A DNA stretch of 63,637 nt, the filler included, from Octopus bimaculoides (taxonomy: Eukaryota), in assembly GCF_001194135.2 (NCBI RefSeq). It is 9 parts of 7 records of this genome, joined end to end, with 100 filler letters (N's around TTAATTAATTAA, not from the genome) between each part and the next. Parts side by side here need not be neighbours in the genome. Positions count along the whole stretch, not along the records: positions 21,270 to 32,895 come from NC_068982.1; positions 32,996 to 41,157 come from NC_068991.1; 7 more parts are not named here. One strand, given 5' to 3'. Every line of letters starts with the position of its first letter. Position 1 is the stretch's first letter. This document shows, piece by piece, positions 23,924 to 35,989 of the stretch. The notes under the pieces were generated by a model. That model worked only from the letters and a program-made list of their open reading frames with translations. It did no database searches and had not been told where the DNA came from. The translations under genes were made by a program, and so were the position numbers.

Positions 23924-26241
23924 GTATGTAAAAAAAAAAGAAAATCCCCTAAGGTATAACAACTATGGTGATGATGATGGTGGTGATGATGATGGTGGTG
24001 ATGATTGTGATGATGACAATCCAGTATACTGGGACAATTACTTTTTGAAGTCTGACATTTATCACTGTTCTAATAAAATGCCATAACAGTATTGCTTTCG
24101 AAACTGGTAAGCTTTTGAGAAGATTAATGTAAGTCTGCAGATAGTGGGATAATATGGTGAAATCTGAGAAAGGTTAAGAATCATTATAACAAGTAAAGTG
24201 GTATCCATGAAGAAAAAGGTCATTTAAGATTAAAAATGAAATAAAATAAAATAAAATAAAAACAGTTGAAAAATAAAATATAAATTCTATATAGATATCA
24301 TCTTGAAGAGATGGCACAGTAGTAATAGTTTTGATAAGCTCTGGTTAGTTTCATATCCATATTGACTACTAAAGAAAAGCCCAAATATTAATTCATGCTT
24401 CTATCAGTAGCAATTTCAAGATTAACTATCGAGGCACTTTACTTTCTCTTTCATCTTTCAGTATTTTGTTGGAAAATGAAAATCATCACTAGTCTCAATT
24501 TGTTATTGAACAATTCTCAGTAGAGAGGATGAATAGGGAATTGCTTGTCCTGAGAGCAACATAACAAAATGGAGTCTGTAAGATGGATGTCTGAGAAGCT
24601 GGATCAATAAAATAATTTTACAGCAATATTAAATGTATATATTCTTATACGCAACTACTTTCTTTTATCGTAGGATTTGTGAACAATTTTTTTCTTGTGT
24701 GCTATTGTCAAATCTAGCCTCCTTCTGCAGCATACACACACAAGAAATTATTTTTTGATATCTCTAGATTTTCAGAATCTGAATAGAAAACATAAGATAT
24801 TCTGCCTGGACTCATTTAAACCTAATTCAATTATTTGTTCTCAGACTTCCATACTTTTTATCTAGATATTTTTAGCCATAAGGTTACTTCAGAACAAGAC
24901 TAAATTCAAATAAATACATCTCACTCTTTCATATGAATATATATATGTATATATATATATCATCATCATCATCATCCTTTAACGTCCGCTTTCCATGCTA
25001 GCATGGGTTGGACGATTTGACTGAGGACTGGTGCAACCGGATGGCTACACCAGGCTCCAATCTAATTTGGCAGAGTTTCTACAGCTGGATGCCCTTCCTA
25101 ACGCCAACCACTCAGAGAGTGTAGTGGGTGCCTTTACGTGTCACCCGTACAAAAACGGCCACGCTCGAAATGGTGTCTTTTATGTGCCACCCGCACAAGA
25201 GCCAGTCCAGGGGCACTGGCAACGATCTCGCTCGAAAACCCTATAAGGCCAGTCAGGCGGTACTGGCAACGGTCACGCTCAGGTTGGTACATCNNNNNNN
25301 NNNNNNNNNNNNNNNNNNNNNNNNNNNNNNNNNNNNNNNNNNNNNNNNNNNNNNNNNNNNNNNNNNNNNNNNNNNNNNNNNNNNNNNNNNNNNNNNNNNN
25401 NNNNNNNNNNNNNNNNNNNNNNNNNNNNNNNNNNNNNNNNNNNNNNNNNNNNNNNNNNNNNNNNNNNNNNNNNNNNNNNNNNNNNNNNNNNNNNNNNNNN
25501 NNNNNNNNNNNNNNNNNNNNNNNNNNNNNNNNNNNNNNNNNNNNNNNNNNNNNNNNNNNNNNNNNNNNNNNNNNNNNNNNNNNNNNNNNNNNNNNNNNNN
25601 NNNNNNNNNNNNNNNNNNNNNNNNNNNNNNNNNNNNNNNNNNNNNNNNNNNNNNNNNNNNNNNNNNNNNNNNNNNNNNNNNNNNNNNNNNNNNNNNNNNN
25701 NNNNNNNNNNNNNNNNNNNNNNNNNNNNNNNNNNNNNNNNNNNNNNNNNNNNNNNNNNNNNNNNNNNNNNNNNNNNNNNNNNNNNNNNNNNNNNNNNNNN
25801 NNNNNNNNNNNNNNNNNNNNNNNNNNNNNNNNNNNNNNNNNNNNNNNNNNNNNNNNNNNNNNNNNNNNNNNNNNNNNNNNNNNNNNNNNNNNNNNNNNNN
25901 NNNNNNNNNNNNNNNNNNNNNNNNNNNNNNNNNNNNNNNNNNNNNNNNNNNNNNNNNNNNNNNNNNNNNNNNNNNNNNNNNNNNNNNNNNNNNNNNNNNN
26001 NNNNNNNNNNNNNNNNNNNNNNNNNNNNNNNNNNNNNNNNNNNNNNNNNNNNNNNNNNNNNNNNNNNNNNNNNNNNNNNNNNNNNNNNNNNNNNNNNNNN
26101 NNNNNNNNNNNNNNNNNNNNNNNNNNNNNNNNNNNNNNNNNNNNNNNNNNNNNNNNNNNNNNNNNNNNNNNNNNNNNNNNNNNNNNNNNNNNNNNNNNNN
26201 NNNNNNNNNNNNNNNNNNNNNNNNNNNNNNNNNNNNNNNNN

Positions 26242-26276
<35 letters not shown>

Positions 26277-27440
26277 TTATATATGTATATATATTTATGT
26301 GTGTGTTTGTTATTTGTGTCTGTGTTTGTCCCACCAACCACCACTTGACAACCGATGCTGGTGTGTTTACGTCCCTGTCACCTGGTGGTTCAGCAAAAGA
26401 GACCAATAGAATAAGTGCTAGGCGTACAAAAAATAAGCCCTGGGGTTGATTTGTTTGACTGAAGGTGGTGCCCCAGCATGGCTGAAACAAGTAAAAGACT
26501 AAAAGAATATATATATATAATTTTATATATCATTTAATAACAGTTTGACTCAGCTCTAAATGACTTAAAATTTCATGGGTTCAAAGGATGAACCTATCTC
26601 ATTAGTTATTTACAGAAAAGAGCTTTATTGGTATATGTGTTCAGTGCCACCTTCTGCATATATGGAAGGAACCTGTGGAAAGGGTAGGTCCAGGCAGATT
26701 TGGGACGAAGTGGTGAGAATGGATCTTCAGATGCTGGGCTTCAGTGAGGAGATGACAAGGGACTGGACTTGGAACGCTTTGCTACACTTGAGAAGACTCC
26801 AGAAGCTAAGTAATAGCATGGCCATCCATACATACAGGCATTTCCTAGGTGGCCAAGGCCCCAGCTGAAAGGTCTTTATCTTGCAGGTGCCAGTGCCACA
26901 TCAAATGCACTCATGTTGGTGACACATAAAATGCACTTGTGCTAGTGCCACATGAGATGCACTCATGCTGGTGCCACATGAATGCACCCATCTGGGTGGC
27001 ATATTAAAGTTACCCAGCACACTCTGTAAAGCGGTTGGTATTAGGAAGGGCCCCCAGTCATAGAAACCACGCCAAAACAGACAAATGGAGTATGGAAAGC
27101 TTCTGTCAAACTGTCCAACCCATGCCAGCATGGAAAACGGACATTAAATAATGATGACGATGATATATATATATATATTTATATATATATATACCATCAT
27201 TATGATCATATATATAATGGAAATATGATGTAAAGTTAAATAATTTTTAACTATCTATGGCAAACCTTAAACATATTTGTCATTTGATTTTCTTTCCAAT
27301 GTTTAATCAATAAACACATTTTTCTTCTTTTCTTAAGCTATTTATGATGTTCTTGATTTCTCTTCTCACAATAGTAAATATTAGCTCAGTTGTTGTTAAG
27401 CACACATTTACTTCACATTGTTTGTGAATTGGTCTATCAG

Positions 27441-27517
27441 GACACCATATGAAATGTTATGGGGAAAAATTGCTGATACACGATTTGATTACTTTTGGAA
27501 AGAAAAAAAATTAACCA
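27441..27517 (+). CDS. Candidate internal exon of an unidentified plus-strand gene
   Basis: ctatcag|G...ACCA|gtaatt, 77 nt, reads TPYEMLWGKIADTRFDYFWKEKKLT. Phase-compatible with the microexon at 30807-30825. Weak pyrimidine tract. Confidence 0.45.
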
Positions 27518-28708
27518 GTAATTTTGTAACTTTTGCTTTTACATCAAACACAAAAATTCTACTATGCTTACCATTTACTATCTTTTTGCTATTTTTCTGT
27601 CAAACCATTTGTTAAACATAGAAAGTGCTTGTTTAAATAGAAACAAGCTTCATAGAGGGATGAGTTGTTTTAGAATTCTAATGAAAATCAAATGGTGTGT
27701 TGCTTTTCTTTATTTTAATTGGTATAACCTCAGTCCAATGGTTGAAACAAAGCCATACCAAATGAAATGATCCTAGTACTATTTTCTTTTTTATTAAGTA
27801 CTGGTACTTATTCTAGTGGAGTCTTTTGCCAAACTGCTAAGTTGCAATGATGTAAAAAAACCATAACTGGGTGTCAAGCAGTGATGGAGGACAAATACAA
27901 ACACTAAAACACACACATATGTAGGTGTGTGTGTATGTATATGTATATGTGTGTGTGTGAGTGTGTGTGTGTGTGCAGGTGTGGCTGTGTGGTAAGTAGC
28001 TTGCTTACCAACCACATAGTCCTGAGTTCAGTCCCACTGCGTGGTACCTTGGGCAAGTGTTTTCTACTATAGCATAGGCTGACCAAAGCCTTGTGAGTGG
28101 ATTTGGTAGACGGAAACTGGAAGAAGCCCGTCGTATATGTATATATATGTATGTGCTTGTATATGTTTGTGTGTCTGCGTTTGTCCCCCTAACATCACTT
28201 GACAACCGATGCTGGTGTGTTTACATCCCCGTAACCTTGCGGTTCAGCAAAAGATACCGATAGAATAAGTACTAGGCTTACAAAGAATAAACTCTGGGGT
28301 CGATTTGCTCGACCAAAGGCGGTGCTCCAGCATGGCCGCAGTCAAATGACTGAAACAAGTAAAAGAATAAAAGACTGGATAGTTATAACTTAAAAATCAT
28401 AATAATGATAAGTATATAATATTAGCAATATCGTATTAATAAATAAAGTAGAGCAATGATTATTAAAACCTTTTAAAATGTTTAAAAGTTCTTACAACCA
28501 TGTCATGAATATACTTCCTCTTAAAACGAAATCTACAGTTCTATATTTAAGAGATGAGGGATTATGTACATTATTTTTAATTTGACGGATATTTGTCCTC
28601 ATCTTGTTTGTTGTTAACACAACGTTTTGGCTGATATACCCTCCAGCCTTCATCAGGTGCCTTGGAGAAATTTCGAACCTGGGTGCTCATTCTTATGGTA
28701 TTTTTCGA

Positions 28709-28760
<52 letters not shown>

Positions 28761-29182
28761 GTTCAGGTCACTGCTTGGAATCAAACTTGGAATTTTGGGG
28801 TTAGTAGCCCACACTCTTAACCACTATGCCATTGCTCCAGTTCACTCAGCTGTAAATGAGTAACCCTGCAATGGAGTAGCCTTCTGATTAGCAGGAATGT
28901 TGGCCAGTTTGCCTAGCTAGCAGGGTGACATCATTTGAAAGCTAAAACAATGCAAAGCACATTGTCGATCATGTGATCATACGATACATATATATATATA
29001 TATTTGTGAACAATGATGATATACATAGAATGGGCTATTTCAGTTTCTGTCTACCAATTCCACTGACAAGGCTTTGGTTAGCCCAGAGCAATAGTAAAAG
29101 ATCACTTGCCCAAGATGCCATGCAGTGGGACTGTACCCAGAAAGTAAGCTGTCTATTCATAGTTACTTTCTGGTAGTCAAGG

Positions 29183-29216
<34 letters not shown>

Positions 29217-29790
29217 ATGTGCATATGTGCATTGTGTGCATGTGTGAGTGTGTATGGCATCAGCACAATCTGAAATGTTGGTGCAGTACTCCATTGTGTA
29301 TCTCAAGTCAGCTTTGCAGAAAGTTAGTAGTTAGGGTTGAAATATGTTCTGACTCTGAAAAGGAGAGCCAGAGTCTGTGTTGCATTTTGGCTATGTTGAG
29401 AATAAATAATGTAGTCCGAGATACACTATTCCTGAAAAGCAAATCAGGATTGTCATGGCTTGAATGCTTTTGATCTTAGGCCCGGTAGATTAGAACTGAC
29501 TTGGAGGTTAAACAAAAACAACGTCAGTTGTAGCAATTGTTATCAAAATAACTATCATTATCAATATTCACCATCTACACATCTTACAGATGACTGCATT
29601 ATTATATTCCCATCACCAGTACTGTTTTGCGCTTACATGTTATATATTGAAATGAAAGAGGAAAAAAACTGAAGGAAGGATTCTCTTGAAGATAAATGTT
29701 TTTGAAAGACAAAAGCAAGAAGAATGAAAGCGAGGAGGGGGGGATTACAAAAAATGTAATGTTGATAATGATATGGATGAAACAAAAAGA

Positions 29791-29835
<45 letters not shown>

Positions 29836-30370
29836 AATAAGGAAAAAAGAAAAACAGAAATGTGAAAATAATTGAGAAAATTGCAGAAGCAATGGAGAAG
29901 AAAACAAATGAAATAGAAGCAAGTTTAGGAATGATACAAATAGCAAAAAGGAAAAGCAGAGAAGATAAAACTGTGTATGTTGTAAAAGCGAAATGAGAAA
30001 GTGAAGAAGAGAAAGATATGGTCTAGTTAAAGAGGAAATTATGCAAGGAATATCCAGAAATGAAATGTTGCTAGAGTCAGTGGGATTTTACTGTCGTAGC
30101 ATTTTATATTAAGATAAGACTGAAAACTTTCATGAGTTCATTTTGAATGAGATTGATAATCTGTGTGTATTTATATGAGTGTGTATGTCCATGTGCTTGT
30201 CTATGTGGTGGTACATACATACATACATGCATTCATAAATACATACATGCCTATTTTGTCTCGTTATCAATCTATATGAGTATATTTGCATGTTCATGTA
30301 AATGTATGAATGAGCATGTGTATGTGAATGACATTTTTATATACATACATGCATACATATAAACACACAT

Positions 30371-30421
<51 letters not shown>

Positions 30422-30436
30422 CATGCATGCATATAC

Positions 30437-30475
<39 letters not shown>

Positions 30476-30806
30476 TGCTCACACACACACATATATATAT
30501 ATACACATACATAAATACATGCACATATATGTGTGTGTGTGTGTATATATGTATGTACACACACGTACACACAGCTATAGGTGCGTGTGTATAATGAGTG
30601 TAAGTATAGGACAGTAGATTTTATAGCTTCTCGATTGCATTTTTTATGTTCTGCCGTGTTGCCAGAGATTCTAGAGAAATAAGTGATTTCCATGTATATA
30701 AGACAATAATATCTTAGACAGACCAGAATATCAAGTTGTACAAGGTACACAAACTACTCTTTTGTTTTAGGAAATTCTAATCTCATATATTTTTCTGCAT
30801 TTACAG

Positions 30807-30825
30807 AAATAGTGGCTTTAACCCT
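30807..30825 (+). CDS. Candidate 19-nt microexon of the unidentified plus-strand gene
   Basis: Strong acceptor tttttctgcatttacag| and donor CCT|gtgagt. Reads (K)IVALT(L) and is followed by a 93-nt T-rich intron. Confidence 0.55.
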
Positions 30826-30918
30826 GTGAGTTCAAATTCTATGGCAGAATATGTCTTTTTTATTTTTATTGATTTGTTTCATTTTTTGTTTTCTTTTATT
30901 TTTTCTATATTGGTTTAG

Positions 30919-31074
30919 CCTAAAAGAAGGATCTGTGCTCATAGCCTTCACAACCTCTCCAAGACTAACGAATTTGGCACCATTAAAAGATACTCATGAT
31001 CAGTTCTTTGTTGATGTATGCAAGAAATGGAGTTTGGAATTCCAGGGTATTGCCATTCTGGAAAAAGCGGATTG
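30919..31074 (+). CDS. Candidate internal exon of the unidentified plus-strand gene
   Basis: Long pyrimidine tract, ggtttag|C...TTG|gtaatg, 156 nt, open for 51 codons: LKEGSVLIAFTTSPRLTNLAPLKDTHDQFFVDVCKKWSLEFQGIAILEKAD(W). Confidence 0.6.
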
Positions 31075-31297
31075 GTAATGATGTTTATTTTGTCTGGGAT
31101 TGAAACAAAAAAAAGAAAAGTGTACCAGATTTATACAAGAACTAATCACCCATTTCTTCACTGATTAACCTTAAGCAGGAGGTCATCTTATTAACCTTTC
31201 AGCATACTATGTGGAGTTTAGTTCAAAAGTAAAGTTCCTTTTAGAGCCATACTGACTCATAAGAACCAGTTTTCTGGCTTCTATGGCATATATACAT

Positions 31298-31352
<55 letters not shown>

Positions 31353-32656
31353 CAAAGTATGGAGGTTTAGTTCACAGGTGATCTAAATGGTTAGGTATGC
31401 TAGGTAAGTGCTGTAACAGATTACTAGGGCTCCAAGGTTATAGTGGAGATGGTTGTAATGGAGCCATTGCAGATTTCCAATGCAGTGGATATTTGATTGT
31501 TAAAGAGGACAACAAAAATTAAGGCGAGGCAAACATTTTAAGCCGTACACAATATTACATAGACATGTGGAGGCACAATGGCCCAGTAGTTAGGGCAGCC
31601 AACTCACGGTTGTAGGATTGTGGTTTTGATTTCCAGACTGAGTGTTTTTACTACACAGCCACACCTATACATTGTTTTGAACTAAATAATTATGCATTAT
31701 CTTGTAGCTTCAAGATTTTGATGAGGCAATTTGCTGATTTTCATGATGACATTGTAGGACAGGTGTGAGAAGTTAAATCAAGCCATTTTGAACATAAAAC
31801 AGGAAAAATATTAGGGCTGAATATGATCTGTTTAAATACTAAAAGGTTAACCATGTGTCACTTCATAGCTGGGGATTTTGATGATGTAATTATTTTTTTT
31901 TACAATGACATTGTAGGGTAGGTGTAAGAAAATGGGTCTGGCCAGTTTGGACATATGACAGGTAGAATATTTAGGCTGGGTATGGTTCATCTAAATCTGT
32001 AGTTCTCAACCATTTTTTGCCTCTGGACCCCTTTGATTCCTACTGGACCCTCCATAGCCATTTGATGTGTATAAAATAAACAACTTGCTGTATTCTTATA
32101 ATTAAATAGTATTAGGAATTGTATAAATAAAAATTAAAATACTTTGTGTATGTAGACGTATAACCAATTTGATGCACATAAATTTTAACAAGAAAATCTT
32201 ATATGGACCCTGCTTGAGAACCACTGATCTAAATGCTAAAGGGTTAAAAACAATAGTAAAATGGATAAGAAATTAACTCTCATGGCAAAAATCCAATGCG
32301 TTTATGAATAAAATCAAGTCTTGTATAATAGGCTTTGCCAAATTGCTTTATAACCCTAGAACTCAAATGCAGGATCTATAAACAAACCTTCTATTGAATC
32401 AGAAATGAAATGGAGGAATTTCTAATGTTGTAGAATTATAGCAAAATCCCAAAATTATCCTTACTGTCATAAAAACGAAAATTATATCATTATACACTAG
32501 TCTGAAGACTATCTAAATAAAAGAGAGTATAATCAAGACAGGAATGGCTGATCACCATAAAACAACTCTACATTGAAACTACGCACCAATTGACTCTTTG
32601 TATCCCCTCTATCTCCTATCTATCTATCTATATGTGTGTACATATATATATAAGCA

Positions 32657-32689
<33 letters not shown>

Positions 32690-33137
32690 CATCATCATCA
32701 TCATCATCATCATCATCGTTTAACGTCCGCTTTCCATGCTAGCATGGGTTGGACGATTTGACTGAGGACTGGTGAAACCGGATGGCAACACCAGGCTCCA
32801 GTCTGATTTGGCAGAGTTTCTACAGCTGGATGCCCTTCCTAACGCCAACCACTCAGAGAGTGTAGTGGGTGCTTTTACGTGTCACCCGCACGAAANNNNN
32901 NNNNNNNNNNNNNNNNNNNNNNNNNNNNNNNNNNNNNNNTTAATTAATTAANNNNNNNNNNNNNNNNNNNNNNNNNNNNNNNNNNNNNNNNNNNNGTTTC
33001 TTTTGTTAGTTCTACGAATGAACACGCAACATATATTATATAATGATATACACGAGTCTTTAGTAGACTAGACTAACGAAAATAAATCCCTTTCTCGTGA
33101 TACAGCCATGCAAATATTCCATCTTTCCCCAACTTCA

Positions 33138-33189
<52 letters not shown>

Positions 33190-33670
33190 GTAATAATAAT
33201 AACAACAACAACAGCAAAATAATAATAGTTCATAAAAATCATCTGACAAAATATTTGAAACCAGATATGAATTCTAGCTCAAAAGAGAGAAAAAAATCCC
33301 TTCAAATCAGTATTTGTTGAGTTTTTATAGTGTATATCATACACTGCTTTTTGAAACGACAATACCGTTTGGCTGCATCTATTAATTTCTGCAAAAAGCT
33401 CTTAAATGCTTTCTAAATAATTGAACATGCCAAAATGTAGGAGTCACCACTTGTACTGGGGCTAGTGCTGATTGTTATTTCTAGCGTCGGAAGTCAACAT
33501 TTGTACATAGAAGACGACGAAATTTGTTGAGATTTTTATAAACTTTTATTCTTTTCGCACGCATGAGACAAATATTGTGGTTACTACAAACGACAAGTGT
33601 TGAGAGAGTTTGGATGCTATTGTTCTTGGTGTAATTGTAATAGTAGTCAAAAATTAACAGCTAGTCGTAG

Positions 33671-34298
33671 TGTAGTGAAATTAACCTCTATCGCCATTAT
33701 ATACAAACAAACGTGAGCGTAGTAGAAAGCAACTCATTCCCTGTCATCACCTGACTGACTATTCNNNNNNNNNNAATAACAGCCAAGAACCCAGCCTGCG
33801 AAGAACATCTGTATTCAAGAACCCAGCATGGAAGACCTAACATCACGACGAGTAATCGCTCTGCCCTAACGCCTTAACTTCTTATATACAGACACTTACC
33901 ACTGTGTACTCTAACAAAGAACTGGTATCTTAAATCCTTATACGTGCTACTGACTCTTTTCTATCCGCTGTATCTCACGCATTCACATACATTTATTACT
34001 TGCACATACTCTTTTGTTTACATGACGGCCAGTCTTATATTGTGTTTTAATGTGTCGCATTCACACACACACAGACATACGATTTAATGCTCCAACAAAT
34101 TCTACTGTTATACATCTTCATCGGTTGGTTCAATATCGTCTTCCTTACTGGCATTTACGAATTCTCTACGTTATAGAATTATAACATATTTATCATCTTT
34201 ATATTTTTGTGTTCGACCGTGTGACGCGTTTTAAAAAAGGAGCCCTGTTTTTCCATTCGTCACCATTTCTCCTTTTGGTTCGCACGGTCGTTCTTACA
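33671..34298 (+). mobile_element. Solo LTR, diverged copy 1 (contains a short N gap)
   Basis: Starts TGTAGTGAAA..AACCTCTATC like copy 2 and ends CGCACGGTCGTTCTTACA. Flanks GTAG/GTTG give a 4-bp TSD with one mismatch. Confidence 0.65.
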
Positions 34299-34391
34299 GT
34301 TGTGCTGTTGTCGATAGTTCGTTATGTTGATGTGATTTCGGTTCAGCCGCTGCCCGTGTCTGTTCACCGTCTGCCTGCCGTTTCGTTTCAT

Positions 34392-34430
<39 letters not shown>

Positions 34431-34522
34431 TACATCCGAAAGCTCTTTGGGTGATGGTTGCGTGTGAGTCGATTTATACTGATTGATGGGCTCAGAAAGG
34501 AGCGTGCTAAAAGTTGAAATTG

Positions 34523-34748
34523 TCACTGGGGCCTATTCCACGTGAAGTCGTCACTGGTCAGATTTTGTTGATCACGTAGGTAACATTCCAGCGAATCGCG
34601 ACATCGGGTCATTGCTGAATATTCCTGCAACAATGACGCATCACCTTTGTAACGTAATGAGTTTACATAACGAAGCCGTTGCCCACACTGAATTATATAG
34701 CATGTCTTAAAATCTTTGAGGTGAACTTGGCCATCAAGTGTAAAATGT
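34523..34748 (-). CDS. Candidate terminal coding exon of an unidentified minus-strand gene
   Basis: Acceptor ttgtgtttgttacaaag| (phase 2), 74 open codons HFTLDGQVHLKDFKTCYIIQCGQRLRYVNSLRYKGDASLLQEYSAMTRCRDSLECYLRDQQNLTSDDFTWNRPQ then TGA. The other two frames close early. Richer in GC and CpG than its flanks. Confidence 0.5.
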
Positions 34749-35479
34749 CTTTGTAACAAACACAAAGTAAGCCAATCACATATACAACAGTGACAGAACA
34801 CGAACAATCAACCAATTGGTTAGCAATCCTGTACACTAACCGCTTGGCCAATATATTGTCTTCAACAGAAATAAGAATTTATAGAATTGAAAACAAAAGA
34901 AAGGAAATCATGAAAGAAGAATTGGTGATTTTTCCGTATGTGTTCGGATGGAATGTTTCTGATCTGGATGGATGAGAATCTCGGTTGAGTGTGGTGATGG
35001 TTGTAATGATTATGTTGGTGACAGTGATGATTATGATGAAGACGGTAGTGCTGATGGTGTTGATGATTGTGATGATAGTAATGGCGACTGAGTGATGGTG
35101 ATGGCGATAATGATGATGACGGTGGCTATGGTGATGTTGGGACGATGAGGTTGATGGTGATGGTGGTCATAGGGGTTATGGTAATTTTCATGCGACGGTA
35201 GTGATTGTAATGTTCTTCAGGGCTATTGATGATGACGACTATGATGATGATAGTGGTTGGGGTGGTGGCAGCGGCTGTAGGGGAAAGAAGACTTGCAAAT
35301 GTCACACATACGCTGCTTTACACTTCAGTACCGTCATTAATTCATTGAGTTGTTGTTTCGTCGAGTTAATTAATTGGAAATATAGACTTACAATAGAACT
35401 GATAAAGATTAGCGAGTTGGAACTTACACAGCGAATGTTAGAAAACAGATGTTCGTTATCCATGATGACAGTCGTGGTA

Positions 35480-35532
<53 letters not shown>

Positions 35533-35989
35533 AGATAGCAGTGGTGATATGTCGTGATGGTAATTAAGAAACAGATAAAAGTTGGAGACGAGAGAGAGTT
35601 ATCAAGTAGAGGAGGGGTGCAAAATGATGTTTTTTACTGCATTTTTGACTTTGAGACAAAAGATATTTCTTACAAGTGTTCAAGATGCCTTCAAAATGCC
35701 TTCCCTAAATGCATTAAAAGCGTTATAACATAATTTGATTTTTATTTCAGAAAATTATCGCCGTTCTCCTCGAGCATGTAAATGACAAATTTGGTTGGGG
35801 CAAATGAGTAAGCCAAGATAAGGTAAATTCACTACTCCAATTCTCGAGAAGACAGACTCATACACATCAATATTCAACCCTGGACATCAGAAAGACCAGA
35901 AGTGCAAAAGCAATTTTAAATATCAAGGTCAAATGAAAGAGGGTCGGGGAAAAATAGTACATGATATGAAATTACCGAAATTCGACAAA

